A stretch of DNA of 58,869 bases, filler included, from Sphacelaria rigidula (GCA_964200075.2; 4 parts of 4 records of this genome joined end to end with filler, not necessarily neighbours in it), one strand, 5' to 3'; counted from the whole stretch's first letter, positions 34,539 through 48,186 are shown. Made by a program: numbers and translations. The notes: generated by a model not told the origin, from the letters alone.

Positions 34539-34747
34539 TGCCGACTCAAATCTGAAGAACAGAAGCCGTTGTTGTTAGGGCCTCATGATGAAAAAAATGC
34601 GTGTACGGCAGAGTAGCAGCAGCAGCTACAACAACACTCGAAAGACAGCAAAAGGGAAGGACAGTCGAGATGATGCGACATGCGGGCTCAGTTAAACGGA
34701 GAGCGACGGCACGCTGCAGTTTCGTACAGCTCCGATTCAACTAAGCA

Positions 34748-35150
34748 TGATGCCGATTCAAGTATTCATCGAAAACGATACCGGTTCCACAAATGAATGT
34801 GGCCTGTGTGCGGTCAAGAGGGGGCACCCCCGACGGCCAAAAGATCCACAGAGATGTCCAGCGAAGAAATGCATCAAGCGGAACGCATTACAACGTCAAA
34901 ACGCCATGCAGAACAGAGCGCGGAAAGCGCATGCACTCCAAACCCAAGTAGAACCGGGATGCACCGTAATGTCCCCCGGAATGTAAGCGAAGAGGCTGAT
35001 ATGTAGAACCAGCGAAAAGTCGTACTCTAAAATCAAGTCAAGAAGAAACGCTGGCTTCTCAGAGCTTCAGACAACAACAAAATGGCCCCGAAAGGTATGT
35101 ACTCTAAAATCAAGTGAAGAAATACAGCAAAAGTGCACCTGTCTACAAGG
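34748..35150 (+). repeat. Modular repeat family with TACTCTAAAATCAAGT motif, plus-orientation copy
   Basis: Reverse complement of 38880-39260 and 39370-39700. A further plus-strand partial copy lies at about 35900-36180. Confidence 0.7.
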
Positions 35151-38100
35151 ATGCCATTTGACCGAAATCTTGACTGCTATTATTGTTATATCAGGGTTCG
35201 GCGTCTTTCTCCGCCACGCTCATAGGATCGAGTTCTGAGATGCATGAGAATTGGCGGTAGGGGGAAGGGAAGGCAACCATGACCCTGTAAAGGTGCATAA
35301 TAAAACAACACCACCTATGGTGTGTACCTGTACGGCCCTACGCTTGCTCCAATTTGTCGTCACGTAGTAATTCGTCAAGTGAAAGCGCCCATTCCGCAGA
35401 TCTATGCGCCGACATCTGAGTGCACCACCGAGAAGCCTGTGCTCGTTTTGCTTTCCCGGGACGGTAGGGTAGGTGAGGTATATAGCACAGTAGTGCAGCA
35501 CGCGTAGCTGTAGACAGTACTCGTGGAGCAGTGCAGCACAGTAGGATGAATGTCGTACTGCACAGTAGTAGCCTGGGTGTGGAGACGTTGACCCGAGCGG
35601 AGTGCGTTAGCCTTTGACAGCCAGAGGGGTCCATTTGAAAACGGCATCACATTCACTTGAAAAATGAGAGAAAATGTTGCCGATTCCACAAATGGACTCC
35701 TGCGGCGGTCAAAAGATCGAGTCGGTCACCATCTGAGATGTAATTTGTACATTTGTGGAATCGGCAGTATTTTCACCAGAAAATGACTGAAAATGATGTC
35801 GATTTCACAAATGGAAACCTCCGGCCGTCAAAGGGTCGAAACGGTCACGGCAAACCCGGGATTAAGCGACAGGTCACAGCAATCGGAATCGCCTCAGCCA
35901 AAATGTAGCCACAAGCTACGTCTACAAGTATCGACAAGAACAGAGACGAGGGAACACGTTAGCGTGCACAACGCATAGAACGGAATGCGTCGCAACGCCA
36001 TACAGAACACGAAAAGTCAATGCAATTGACTCTGGACCCAAACGGAACACATCCTGAAGCCCAGCGACATGTGGCCTGCCAGCGCTCGAGACATGGCCGA
36101 AACAGAACACACTCTAAAATCAAGTAAAGACGAAACGAGGGTCTGCTAGGGCTTGAGAGGGGGAAACGCTGATCTGTCAGCAGCCAAGAGAATTTCCCTA
36201 CTGATTTCTCGGGGAAAAAAATGAACGATACAACTGTTGCATATCGTATGTATCGAAATTGTGCACTTGAACCATGGGCTTTCTGCACACGCCATTCGGT
36301 GATCACTGCTATCACATGAGAAAGGGATTCAGGTGGCACACAAATTGCACTTGATTTGTGCCATCATAAGCAGAACAAAGCACCAGATTCAGGTAAGTAA
36401 ACCCCAACACGCTGGCAAAAGCGGGCATATCATAATCTTGTTTTGCATACCTATTGACCAGTTATGCTCCGCTGAACCTCTCTAACGTACCGAGTCCTTG
36501 TCTCTAGCGCTTGATCTTAAACATACTATGATATACTTGTGGTGGAGGGGGATAGTCCAGACCTGAGATTGTGTTGGTCTTATCCTTGGAATCGAAAGTA
36601 TGTAAACGAGTAGGGGGGGCGATTCCCTCGTCTCACTCGTCCGCATACATACCGCCATCACTCACCACTACCCCCTCCCTAGCCTGGGAGGGTGTCATCC
36701 TCCATTCTAACCCATCCCAGACCGCGATCTTACAGCACGACCCATTAGTTAATGGTCCGTTTATAACACTGAGCCAAAACAGTCTCCTTACCCACAAGGC
36801 GGTGTATTGTCGACCCCATTTTCCAGCGGTCACCTCTTGTCCTGTTATTAGTGACATCGTTGTATTCGCATATTAGCCCGATCTCTCTAATCCGTGGTCA
36901 CCGACATGGGCTCGCCTTCCCAGTACTGTGACCACTGTTCCTTGTAATGACATGAGATAGGAGCGCTCATTGAGCTACTTCCTCTGAGGCTCCGAAAACA
37001 GAGCAAAGGAGAAACAAAACAAAAGTAGAGAGGCGTCAAGAAAACAGAAGAGACACAGCCCCCCCCCTGAGCTGGTCGGGGTGTGGCAAAACAAACAAAT
37101 CAGACCTACCAATGAAATAAAGTAAAGGGACCCAGTCGATACCATGCGAGAGTCGAACAACATCCCCAGGTACCCACACAGAATACCTCAGTTTCCAGGG
37201 GAGACGGTAGACGCACTGGAGATGAGTTGTTCAGTCTCATGAATCAGGTCTCCATAACCTATATATATCGTAGCCGAGGAACTCACTAGCTGCTTGGATA
37301 CCGACAACCGACACTTGCATTCTACGTAAGCCACATTCTCTGTTGTAAACGGCGTAGATAGCTGACACAACTGGTTGTTGCTGTCTCAGAAAATATGGAC
37401 TTAATTACGCTGTTGTTTTCTGTTAATAAAACGGATTCACGTAGAGAGTATCACCATGAACATGGGAAAAAATGTGATGTGGAGACGGCGTGTTTTTCCA
37501 TTTTCCTTGTTCCCCTCAGTGGAAACTGTATTTGAGCGTATACATTTCACAGAGAAGACAAAGAGGGTTCCTGGAACATTCATGCTGCTCTCAAAACGTG
37601 CACTACCTGAAAAACAATTCGCAATGCGCAGAAAACACGATATAAAAAAAGAAGAAGGCTTGTTACCAAAGCTTCGATTCAATGAATGAGCTCAACATAC
37701 GCACTTCTTTGGGGGGAGGGAATCACTGGAAAAACTTGAAAACTAGTATTCTCCCGGAACAGTTTTACACCGTCTCCGTCTTACAGCGCAGTTGGCAAAC
37801 AAGCACTCGGTGGCAATCACACTCCTTGAGGAGTGGGGAGAGGGATACACGCAACACCTCGCCCCAGCTAGTAGAACTCAGCCAAGGCATGCATGTCTCG
37901 AAGACCAGGAAAATATCAGCACATGTTTTTACGGTTTCGCACGTGAAACAACGGCAGGAAGAGCCTAGCAGTTGCCCATATATTGACGATTCGGCTGACT
38001 GACTAGCTGGCTGGCTGGCTGGCTGATCGATTGATTGATTGGTGTAGAAAATAGGTATTCTGTCGTGGACACAAAATGGCTCCTCTCAAGATCGATGGAA

Positions 38101-38196
38101 CAGAAACAGACACACTCGTTGAAAGATACGGAGTACTTAAGAGCATGGAATCTAAGGAGTGACACCTTTTGTTTTTCTTCGCGGGACTGCAGACAC

Positions 38197-38261
38197 CTGG
38201 CGAAGATGTCGTTCCATCCCCTCCCGAAGTACGCGTTGGGATCAAAATGTGCCGTCAGGGC
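38197..38261 (-). CDS. Possible small exon (ALTAHFDPNAYFGRGWNDIFA)
   Basis: ttctacag acceptor, 65 bp open only in phase 0, and a CAG|GTGTCT donor. Linkage to the other exons is unproven. Confidence 0.3.
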
Positions 38262-38669
38262 CTGTAGAATATGAATGGCGATGCCCCCGATCTAGTGCGA
38301 GTGTTAGCCTCTACCTCCTGAGCCGTGGGATCTTCTGTGCACCCCACGGTTGATTTTTGCGCTTGCACAGGAGCAATGCAAAATCAATGTCTTCTGTCAG
38401 GTCTTCGCATTGACGACTTTCGACCGACAATGACCACTACTGTTCAGTTGGGCTCTATATCTTCTATGGGATCTAATCGTTGACGACTGAATAATGATGA
38501 GTGTATTCTGTGCAGTTATATCATGGCCTATAAACAACCCGAACGACAAAGTCGCGCGTGCGATCGCCAACCTACATACCACGGTATATGCTTTTACTAG
38601 AGGCTCATTTTTTCTCTAGCTTGCTAAATTATCTGCAAATGATTTGTTTTCTTCTTAGAGCGTGTTTTA

Positions 38670-38759
38670 GTTTCGTTTTTGTTGGGTACGTCTATCATGA
38701 GACCACGGCTGGACCCCTGGAGGGTCAGTTAAAGTGCGACAATCAATCAATCAATCAAT
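38670..38759 (+). mobile_element. Possible 3' end of a LINE/SINE with (CAAT)n tail
   Basis: A T-rich tract, then a short stem (ctggaccc...gggtcag), then aatcaatcaatcaatcaat. Confidence 0.35.
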
Positions 38760-38879
38760 ATGTTCAGTGCCGAACACTCTACGTTATCCTTTGCCTTGGA
38801 ATCGCTCGATATGGGCGGTGGCGCGAAGCGCCAAAACTCTTGTACCTATAGCAGCCAAGATTGTTCTGAGATCCGGTCC

Positions 38880-39700
38880 CATTGGACAGGTGCCATTTTG
38901 CTGCATTTTTTCACTTGATTTTAGAGTACATGTCTTTTGGGTGCATTTCCCTCTCTGAAGCTCTGAGAAACCACCGTTTCGTCTTTACTTGGTTTTAGAG
39001 TACACGTCTTCGCTGATACCTCTTCGCTTGCATTTCGCTGGACATTAGGGTGCGTTCTATTTCTGCTCGGGTTTAGAGTACGTTTGCTTTCTGTACTGTG
39101 TTCTGCATGACCTACATGGTGTTGAGGCTTGCGTTGCGATTTTCTTTCCCGTCTCTACGCCTCAGTGGAATCTTCGGCCGTCAGGGGTACCGTCATCCAT
39201 CTCCACGGCTGATCAGTAAAACCGACATCGATTTTACTTGAAAATCGAAGCGGCATCATTTATTTGACGATCAGAAGACACAAGATCAATCATACAACCG
39301 CTCTCCATCGAACACAGTCGCACTCTCGAGGCAGGGCTCGAACACCTCCAGCGTGTTTTGATGTGTGAGTCTTTACTTGATTTTAGAGTATATTTTTTGC
39401 TGATTCCTCTTCGCTTACATTTCGCTGAACATTACGATGCATTCTGGGATGTGGAGTACATTTCCTTCCGCACTGTGTTCTGCATGGCGTCAGGGCGTTA
39501 TGACGTTGTGATGCGTTTCGTTTGATGCATTTCCTCTCTCGACGTCTCGGACTCTTCCAAAGATTGAATCGGCATCATATTTGGATCGTTTCTCACTGGA
39601 TTTCGAACATATTTGTGCAAGACCATACCCCTTTGACCACGAGCATAGATCATCTGTGGAATCAGCATCAGTTTTACTTGAAAAATCGACATCATGTCCA
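38880..39700 (-). repeat. Modular repeat family with TACTCTAAAATCAAGT motif, two minus-orientation copies
   Basis: acttg(a/g)ttttagagta occurs at about 38913, 38987 and 39375. ctcttcgctt.cattt and ctgtgttctgcatg mirror 34900-35120. Confidence 0.7.
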
Positions 39701-39972
39701 GTTGAAGTGGAACGATATGAGACGGCAACGAGCCATCGTTCTCCACTGAACGTTCGCGGAAAGATTGGCGCATCTCGAGCGTGTTGTGATCTTGCACGCA
39801 TGTCGCATCGTCTCGACTGTGCTTGCTCTTTTACTATCTGTTGTGCTGCTGCAGCTGCTGCTGCTATATTTTACCGCACATGCATTCTTCTTTTACGATG
39901 AGGCGCAACGGTTTGTAATACCTCAGATTCCAGTCTGCATTATTCCAAAAAATGAATCGGCATCATTTCGGA

Positions 39973-40070
39973 CTCTTTGACCGCGAGCATGCAGTTACCT
40001 ACGGAATCAGCATGAGTTTGACTTGAAAAATCACTGCATGAACAGATGACCTACCCTCGCGGTCTAAGGG
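39973..40070. mobile_element. 98-bp piggyBac-like mini-element, copy 2
   Basis: ctctttgaccgcgag pairs with ctcgcggtctaaggg, followed by ATAA. Confidence 0.4.
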
Positions 40071-41238
40071 ATAAACAACATACTCAGCTGATGAGCATCT
40101 ACGGCGTTTTCTTCAAAGTATAACCTGTGCCACTACGCAACGCACACAATAATCACCGGTTCGCGCACGCCACACATAAAATCATCGTTTCTCCTTGAAT
40201 TTTGAACAGATTTATGCAAGGCCAAGCACAGCTTAGGTGATGAGCAGCCACGGCTCGTGCTGTGTGTTCTTGTCTTTGCGGGGGCAATGAGTTTCAAACG
40301 TTCACCTATGATGGTGTTGAGTCGTTTATCAAGTGTCTTGGCATGTGTCCCTGTGGACGGGGCACCTGTGTCCCCTCTTCGTACTACCAACGAGGCAAAA
40401 ATATTCAGTCATGAAATCGGCATAACGTTCAAAATTAAATCGCCACGCACCGCATGATCAGCTAGTGAGAGGCTACGACATCTTCTCCAAACTACGACCT
40501 TTCCCAGTACGTAATGCACACTGCTATTACCGGTGAATCATATATCTTGGGTGTCGATCCACTTATCGTGACGGCGAAGCCGCCGAAACTCTTGTATGTA
40601 TATATATATATATATCAGCCGTGTGTTTCATATGCGTTAAAGACGAGCGCTAGGTATAAAAAACAGCGAACACCTTTGATATGCTCCGAGGAATAAATTG
40701 GATGCCATCCGGGTACTGCCTGTGACCACAGAAACAGACTTGCCAGGGAGCGTGCAAGTATTTGTCTCTTCGAGTGATGCTACGGTAGGGGTGCACAAGC
40801 ATTTTCTGAGGTTAGAATTATTAAGAGCCCTTTAGCTCACCCAAAACACGAGCTATAAATTATGTGAGAATACGCCAGGATTGCCATTCAAATGTTCTAG
40901 GGACATCCCGAATGAATTTGCAAACGGGGAGGCCTTGACCCATATTCTTGTGTATCGAAAATCGTTAGGAGCCCCTGAACCAGACAAGATTTTGCGCAAA
41001 GAGTGCACCCCTACGTTAGCATTGGTCCTTCGCCTTTACTAAGAACCTGGCTCACGTAGTATACAGTTGTTGCTCTTGGTGCTTACCTTCAACTAGATTC
41101 AAGATTTGCGTGGCATATGTGCACGGTGATACTTAGACTAGTCATAACTTCAATACACGTGAGTACATGATAACGACGGTGACCAGTGCAGTATATAGCA
41201 TTGAGCGGACGAGGGTAGAGATCTCTTGAGCCACTCAC

Positions 41239-42318
41239 CCCGTGTTTCGGCCAATGAGCAGTGCTCGGAAGCGGGAGAACACCGATCCCGCCGGCAGCAC
41301 CGGAACCCTTCGCCGCACCACCTGCCGCCACTGCCGCCGCCGAGGCCTCTTCGTCAAGGAACACACTCTCCCTTTCAACCTTTGGAGACACAACCAACTT
41401 CACGCCGGCAGCTCGTGTCACCCCTTTTCCCACGGTGGCATCTGCAATACCACTTATATTGCCCATAGCTCTCTCCGGTTGCCCTCCTTCACGAGGTTTC
41501 CCCACCCATCCTCCCGTTCCCGCCCCGGCTACACCCAGCATGGGTGTCGACGTGGTAGCTCGACTTGACAAACTCATAATTGGAGTAGCAACAGCGGGAG
41601 TAGCAGTAGTAGTAGTGGGGGATCCTAACCCGTATTGAACTTCCGACAATCGCCCGTCCGTACCTGCTGTTGCTGCTGCTGCTGCTCCCCCGCCCCCCGG
41701 TCCGATATCCTTCGGTGAGGACGCCTTTCGACTCTCGAGTGGATTCTTCGTTTTTGTTGTAGAAGAAGATCCACTGGGCGATGAAAACGCCGATACATGA
41801 GATGTTGATGGCGTCGTAGCAGCGGCGGCAGCAGGAGCAGCAGAAGCTGTGCCGTCGCTCGAATTTTGTAAGGCACGGCCTGAACGAATATTTGCTATTG
41901 TCGGTTCTGTTGTTATTGTTGCTGCTGCTGTAGTTGCTGCTGCCGCCGCTGCTACTGCTGCCTCTGGCGTTGGTGGCGAGTGTTCTTGGTCGACGCTGCT
42001 TTTGCGTATTAAGGCTGCAGAATCCCGCCCCCCCCCATCCCATGGCCCGCCGCCATTACAATCCTTTTGCTTCGATGCATCGAGATCCGGGTCGGTGACG
42101 TTTGTGGACTCCTGCGATCTTCGAAAATCATTGGCCCCTTCGCCGCTGCGCTCGTCCTCGTCATCATCGCCTTCACTTCCCTCGTCCTCTTCCTCTTCCG
42201 CCAGTGAACCTCTTTCAAGAGAATGTTGCGCAATCAGCTGCCGCCGTTGCTGGCCGATACCTTGGGAATCTGTGGGGAGTATTTTCTTCGAGCCCCTACG
42301 AGTTGACAGCTTTCTCGC
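41239..42318 (-). CDS. Large low-complexity exon (360 codons) of an unknown gene
   Basis: Lies inside the 422-codon ORF 41089-42357. Acceptor ggtgcag|GCG and donor GGG|GTGAGT, phase 0/0. The sequence is rich in Ala/Thr/Ser/Gly with an acidic tract. No domain recognised. Confidence 0.7.
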
Positions 42319-43319
42319 CTGCACCATGGATGTTGCGTGTTGCACACATACATACATATATATTTATTAGAACAGGACAACATCATAGCTATGCTTTTCC
42401 CGGTGCAGCTCGTTTTCCGAGAGGTAGGGGCAACCCCGTTCATTGTATTCCTGCAGGTAGAGGTATGTAGAAGTAGTGGGTAGTGTCGGCACTGCCTGTT
42501 CGCTTGTTTTGTAATGGTGATAGGAAGACATATGCCGGCTCTTAGGGAATTTGCGGATCATGGCGACAGCGATGTTGGTCCTCTATCACTAGTGATGGTC
42601 GTTACGGTGGCCGTGATGATGATGGTGATAATGATGGCGGTGAGATCAAAAGCGTAGGGCTACACATGTCGGCTTAGAGGATAGTGAAGAACTCATGCTA
42701 AAAGAGTAAAAGCACCGTATTGGCCAGAGCCTCAGACGTAGCAGATACGACGTGCATGGGATCCAAGTTGGTGCCTCACTTAAGCGAATGCCGCAATAAG
42801 GCCATCAAGTGAGACGACGGGTGTATACAGAGCACCCCTCTCGAGAGCTAAATGCTGCAGCAGGTGGGTCATTCGATTGGCCGCAGGTGCGAACGCAGGT
42901 CATGTCGTTCCTCCTCCCAGCTTATAAACTTCAACATGAGCGTTTGTTTTACGGCTGGCTACGATTTACCGTGCACGAGCGTATGCCTCTTATCTTCTTA
43001 TATGAGGCACTAAGGATCTCGAATGATTTCCTTCGAAGTTTCACAGCAGTTGAACATTTTCGGCAAGCCATACATCTATACCTCCTCTGCGTCATAAGTA
43101 AAGTCCGTTAATGACTACACGGACTCTTAGCCGTGTCCGATGCCGCAGGCGGTAATTGTTTTGAAATCTTAGGTGTTTTTCGACTCGAAACCCATTCATT
43201 TTTGTTTTGTTTTTGCACACACCACCCTGCATGCACGAACGGCCGAAAAAACATCAGTCGGCCTGAAAAAGGGCGTATCTAGCCCTTTTTCCAGGGACTA
43301 AAAAGTGTCGAAAAAAAAC

Positions 43320-43637
43320 GACCGACCGATTCGCCTTGTTGATATTCCGCATCGCACCGGCCTTTGTTGGGGTAAGAAGTGACGGCCGCCCACTACGAGT
43401 CTTGTTTGAGAGGCCGAGCTCTCCGGTTTCGTCGATCTGAGCTCTGCACTCGAACCAATGTTTTCTAGGGTAGTCAGTACCAACACCATAACGCTCCGTC
43501 ATGGGGCCTAGAAGGTCCTTGGACACCTTTGTTTTGCCTGGCGGAATGCCCTACGCTTTCTCCACCGCCATGGCATAACGTTTGCCCAACGATAGCTCGG
43601 CGCCCCGTTTATGCCTTGGGGGGCGGGGGGTGTTCAT
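43320..43637 (-). pseudogene. Tc1/mariner-like transposase N-terminal (HTH) fragment
   Basis: Reads PRHKRGAELSLGKRYAMAVEKA*GIPPGKTKVSKDLLGPMTERYGVGTDYPRKHW...LSNKTRSGRPSLLTP. The RSGRP linker after an HTH-like segment is typical of IS630-Tc1-mariner proteins. It has one stop and no DDE domain. Confidence 0.45.
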
Positions 43638-44131
43638 CGTGGTTATGGGGAGTTTTGGGCGTTCGAACGTCGATCATGACCAAAATTCTCAAAATATTAT
43701 TAGAACATTATAAACAAAACTCTAAAAAACGTCCAAAGGTCTCAGCTTTGGGCCCACTAATTCTCAGTAACTCCGGCACAATTTTGTTTTTTTAATGAGC
43801 ATCACCACATCTAAAGCCTTTCAACAAATCTAAGTATAGCATGATCGGCAACTCCGTTGGCGAGATACGATCTGACATCAATAACGGACTTTACTTATGG
43901 CGCAGAGGAAGTGTATTCTTTTCTCAGCGCAGCCCTTCTCCGTGTGCTACACCTCATCAATCAGACAGTATGGGGAATGATTCCATTTCCATCTGTATCA
44001 GCGGTCATGAGTTTCTCGGATGTCAATGTGTGCGATAACGAAGGGTTTCGTCTTTCGGAAATTTCTGACTATATTGGACGCCGCGCCCCGGTGGTGTAAT
44101 GGCCTGACTGTCGCCATTAGGGTGGAGAGAA

Positions 44132-44231
44132 NNNNNNNNNNNNNNNNNNNNNNNNNNNNNNNNNNNNNNNNNNNNTTAATTAATTAANNNNNNNNNNNNN
44201 NNNNNNNNNNNNNNNNNNNNNNNNNNNNNNN
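44132..44231. other. Artificial scaffold-joining linker
   Basis: N44-TTAATTAATTAA-N44. Confidence 0.97.
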
Positions 44232-47200
44232 GTATGCCTGCATCATCCCGTTGCCTCGGGGAACGAAGTCAAGACATCGATCGTGATAGACCGAAGAAGC
44301 CTTCACGTAACCCCCGATAAGCACCCCCCCCCCCCCCCCCCCCACCCCTCTGGCCCCCGAACTGCAACCTTCACTTGAGCGGGTACACCATCGAACCCAT
44401 GCTCCAAAATGCTCCAAACATGAGGCCAACCCACTCCCCCATACGCACCGACACCGACCCACAAAAAATAACGCCGGTTTCTCCCTGAACCTGGCATAGA
44501 TTCGATTCAACTCCCTTTTAGGGTACGTCTACATGTATTTTTTTTCTATTTTTAGTTCCACGTCCATGGTTCCAATGTTTTGCCCCGCCACACGCAGCGA
44601 GCGGTACTTGCCAGGTGAGGGGCTTTATCGCGTCTTTCCTTCCGGCCCCGCCACCACTTCGTAATATTACTACTACAGCAAAAATTCCGCTCAAAAATCG
44701 AACTATTATCGATAAAATGACATGAATAAAAGAACGCCATTCAGTTGAGCGTCGCCCCCGCCATCCTCCCCCCCCCCCAAAAAAAAAACCCTACGCAACA
44801 CAAAAAAGTCTTCGTAGATCAAGCAAAAACCCTCCGTCACCAAGTGAAGCACGCATTCGCCCTTACAAGTAAGAAAGAAGAGAAAAAAAAATGTTGGTGA
44901 AACATACAAGTGCTCAACCTTGCGCCGACACCCGCAAGATATGCATGATAACCCGAAAAAAAAATAGGGCACAGAAAAAAACTACTGAAAAAATAAAAAT
45001 AAACTACCTGAAACACGGTGACATCTAACATCATATTCGTTCAAGGCAAAGCTACTTTACACCTCCGGAGGGCAAAAAGAGACGAGTAAGACACATGAAT
45101 ACCCCCCCCCCCCCCCCCCCCACCCCCCCCCCCCCCCACCCCCCACCCCCCCCCCCCACCCCCCACCCCCTNNNNNNNNNAAACCACCCTCACCCCCCCG
45201 GAGGGAAAAAAAAAACAAGAAAGACACACAAAACCCCCCCCCCCCCCCCTCCCCCCTCGGCCATCCCCACCGAGTGGCACTCCACGGTTGACGGGTCCAC
45301 GCACACAAGTCACGAGCCTTTTTGAAAACATACGCGGAGTCTCGTGCGCAAAACAGCTGAGTCTAGTTCAACGTAAGTGCACCAAGTCAGAGTTTCGGAG
45401 AATCAACGCCTGACTTGCTGGTACACGCTACGAAAATATGTCACGGCGGGACAGCAGGGAGGGGGAGAGCACTCGTCTTGTGGTCGGCACAAACGCAGTC
45501 ACGTACCGCATCAATCCACACCTACTCCCTCCAACTCCTCTCGGATGCCAGATAACCAGGCAGCACTCTATTTGTTGAGACTGTGAAACCGGCGCCATAT
45601 CATTCGCGAAAACGTACAACACCCTATACACATTGGTTGCCAGGCCTGGGCATGCAGAACCCCCCCTCCAGCCCCCTCCATCCCTCCCCCAGTCAATTTA
45701 TATAGTTGTTTATATGACACATGACTGCGCCACATGGTACCCAAAGGAGTATGACACCATATCACGAGATGCGTGTCAGTCTACGCTCGTATCCTCATCC
45801 GCTTCAGCGCGTCAATCGGTACGGCAGGGTATATATGCTCCTCACCATCAATTCGACCAGGGCAGTATGTGACAAAAACGCACAGACGACCGACACCTTC
45901 CTGAAGGTTCGTCTGTTTCTACTTGGAGGAATTATTCCAAAGAAGGGGTGGGGGATAGAAAAAAAAAACAGAAAAAGGAAATTGATCCAAGAATCGCTGC
46001 TACAGTACGCCTCGCTCCACGCCGTTCCCTCTGTTTTTTTTCGCCGGTGTCCAACCTCCTCCCTCCCCCCACCCCAATAAACAACGAAAAACACAAAAAA
46101 ACAAAACAGAGTTGAAAACCGCCATTTCTTTCCGAGTTTCCCCCCCAAAAAACATCCCTCGATGGTTTTCCTCTCCCGCCGCGCCAGTGTACGATTTCAA
46201 ATGTATATCTTTCAACTTTACCGCACAGCGGCGAACATGGTTGCCGACCCGAGCTGCACCCAGACCTCCACCTTCTCCGTTGTCCCTATTGCTACGCCCA
46301 CGCCTTATTTTCCAATACAAATACGAACACACCCGAGAACGGGACCCAGGCGCTTGGAAAAACACATTTCGCATACGATATCCTTATTATTCACAAGTCA
46401 GCTTGATCTAAGGTGCGAATACGTCTCACGTGAGGGAACACGAGGATGGGAGGGAGGGGGGGGGAGGGGGAGTGTGTGTGCCACAAATATCAACACAAAA
46501 TAAAAACAAGTCTTGTCAAGCCAAATCCCCTTCGCACCGTCTCGTTCATGCTTTTTTCTCGAGCACTGGCAAAAAAAACGTCAGAAAAAAAAAGGCCATA
46601 GAAAGACGAGCGCAAAACGCCAAAAATCGCACCGCTGCTTCGTCTTCCTCCTGTTTTTTTTCTTCTTTTTTTCTCGAGACCAGAGTCCACACTCATGACG
46701 GCCGGCGCGCGATGGGGTCCACAAACTCAACAAAAAGTTCAATGACGACAACGGCACACGCGCCTCTATTTCCCGGAAAACACAGGTGAATAATAAAAAA
46801 AAATCTTTCTCAAGATTTTTGTTTCCTCTCAAAACTCGGCGGGTCTACGCTTCCACCAGCACCAAAAAAGAAAAACGCCATGTGCCCCGCGTCGACCGCC
46901 CCCTCTATACTCCTCTATGACAAAAATCACAAAAAATGCAGACGAAGAAAATCTGCTCAAATCAAACACAGGCACAATGGGAGTGGTGGGGATGGAAACA
47001 CGCGGGGGGGGGGGCTCGTCCCACAAAGACAACAGCACATCAAAGTCATACTCCATGCAGCTCATGTCCGTTTCCCGCCGCCGACCCCCTACCGCCACAA
47101 GCTCCTCCGAAATTACTTTTGCCACACTCCCACCCCATCGAGCTCCGCCCGACATCCCTCCAAACACCAACGGATACTGTACAGTTGGGGGGTGAGGCGA

Positions 47201-48186
47201 GACGCCTTGTTTGGGGGTACATAAACCCCCCACACAACACAGGTAAAACAGAAAAAGAAGCCAAAAATCGTTCTCTCCTCTAAGTATGCCCACCCACTCA
47301 TCCACTCAACTAATGTCGTCATGCTTTGTTCTCTCGGCTCTCGTGCTGTCCATGCCCACAAACACAACACACACGCACAAAACACACTACACGAGTGCGG
47401 GCACGGGCTATCTTTTCATGCAAAAATATGATCGTCGGCCAGGGCACGAGACACGACGACGACGACGCGCGAGTTTTCCGATGCATATTTCTCCAGACAG
47501 ATATTTTTTCGCGTCCCTCTTCTTCGCCTGTAGTCGAACAGGGCCGGAGCAGAAGAGCCGAACCCATCCCATTGCTCTCCTCCCATCAACAAGACAAAAA
47601 AAATCGCTGAGTTTCGACGACAAACATCAGCAGCGGCAGCACGCAACCAGCCCCCAAGCTCTTGAGAAAAACGAAACAAGAAAAAACGACGTTGAAAACT
47701 CCAACACGTGAAACTGGCGTTCATCGCTGCGAGCATTCTTGAGACCCGCCTTCGACACCAACTCGAGCACACGACCCCTCACCCGCCAACCCAACCCTCC
47801 TCCCCATCTCCGTCTAAGCACCACCGAAACCAAATATTTTGTACATCCGACAATAGCAAACGGAAAGAAGGCAGCACTGCAGGTCCCAGCCAACAGCATC
47901 CAGTGTCCCCTTCATGACTCATGTGTGTCCCAACAGCTGAACGCAAGCTCATTTTGAGCTGAGCAGTAATCGCTCACATACCGCCATCGCCGCCGGTACC
48001 ACTTCATGGGATGAGGAGAAGGTGGACATGACAGTAGCGGAGACGCGCCAACAGTCGGGGTCGGCGCAGCCTCTTCGGGGAATCAGACTCGTGAAAAAAA
48101 CTCACTGCATGTGGCCTGTTCCACAAAAGTCAAACACGACCCACATACCCCCAACCGCCACCACCGCGGAATCCACACTACTCTTG

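Noticed and set aside
42540..42565. MIRKFPK resembling Mei2 MIRNIPNK
   Set aside because: About 17 nt of similarity with none in the flanks, on a different scaffold; treated as chance.
43970..44010. EF-hand-like ADTDGNGII on the minus strand
   Set aside because: It lacks the position-12 acidic residue, is followed by an in-frame stop and has no good splice sites.
44080..44131. tRNA/SINE-like head (gccccggtggtgtaatgg)
   Set aside because: Only an A-box-like motif before the scaffold ends; too little to call.
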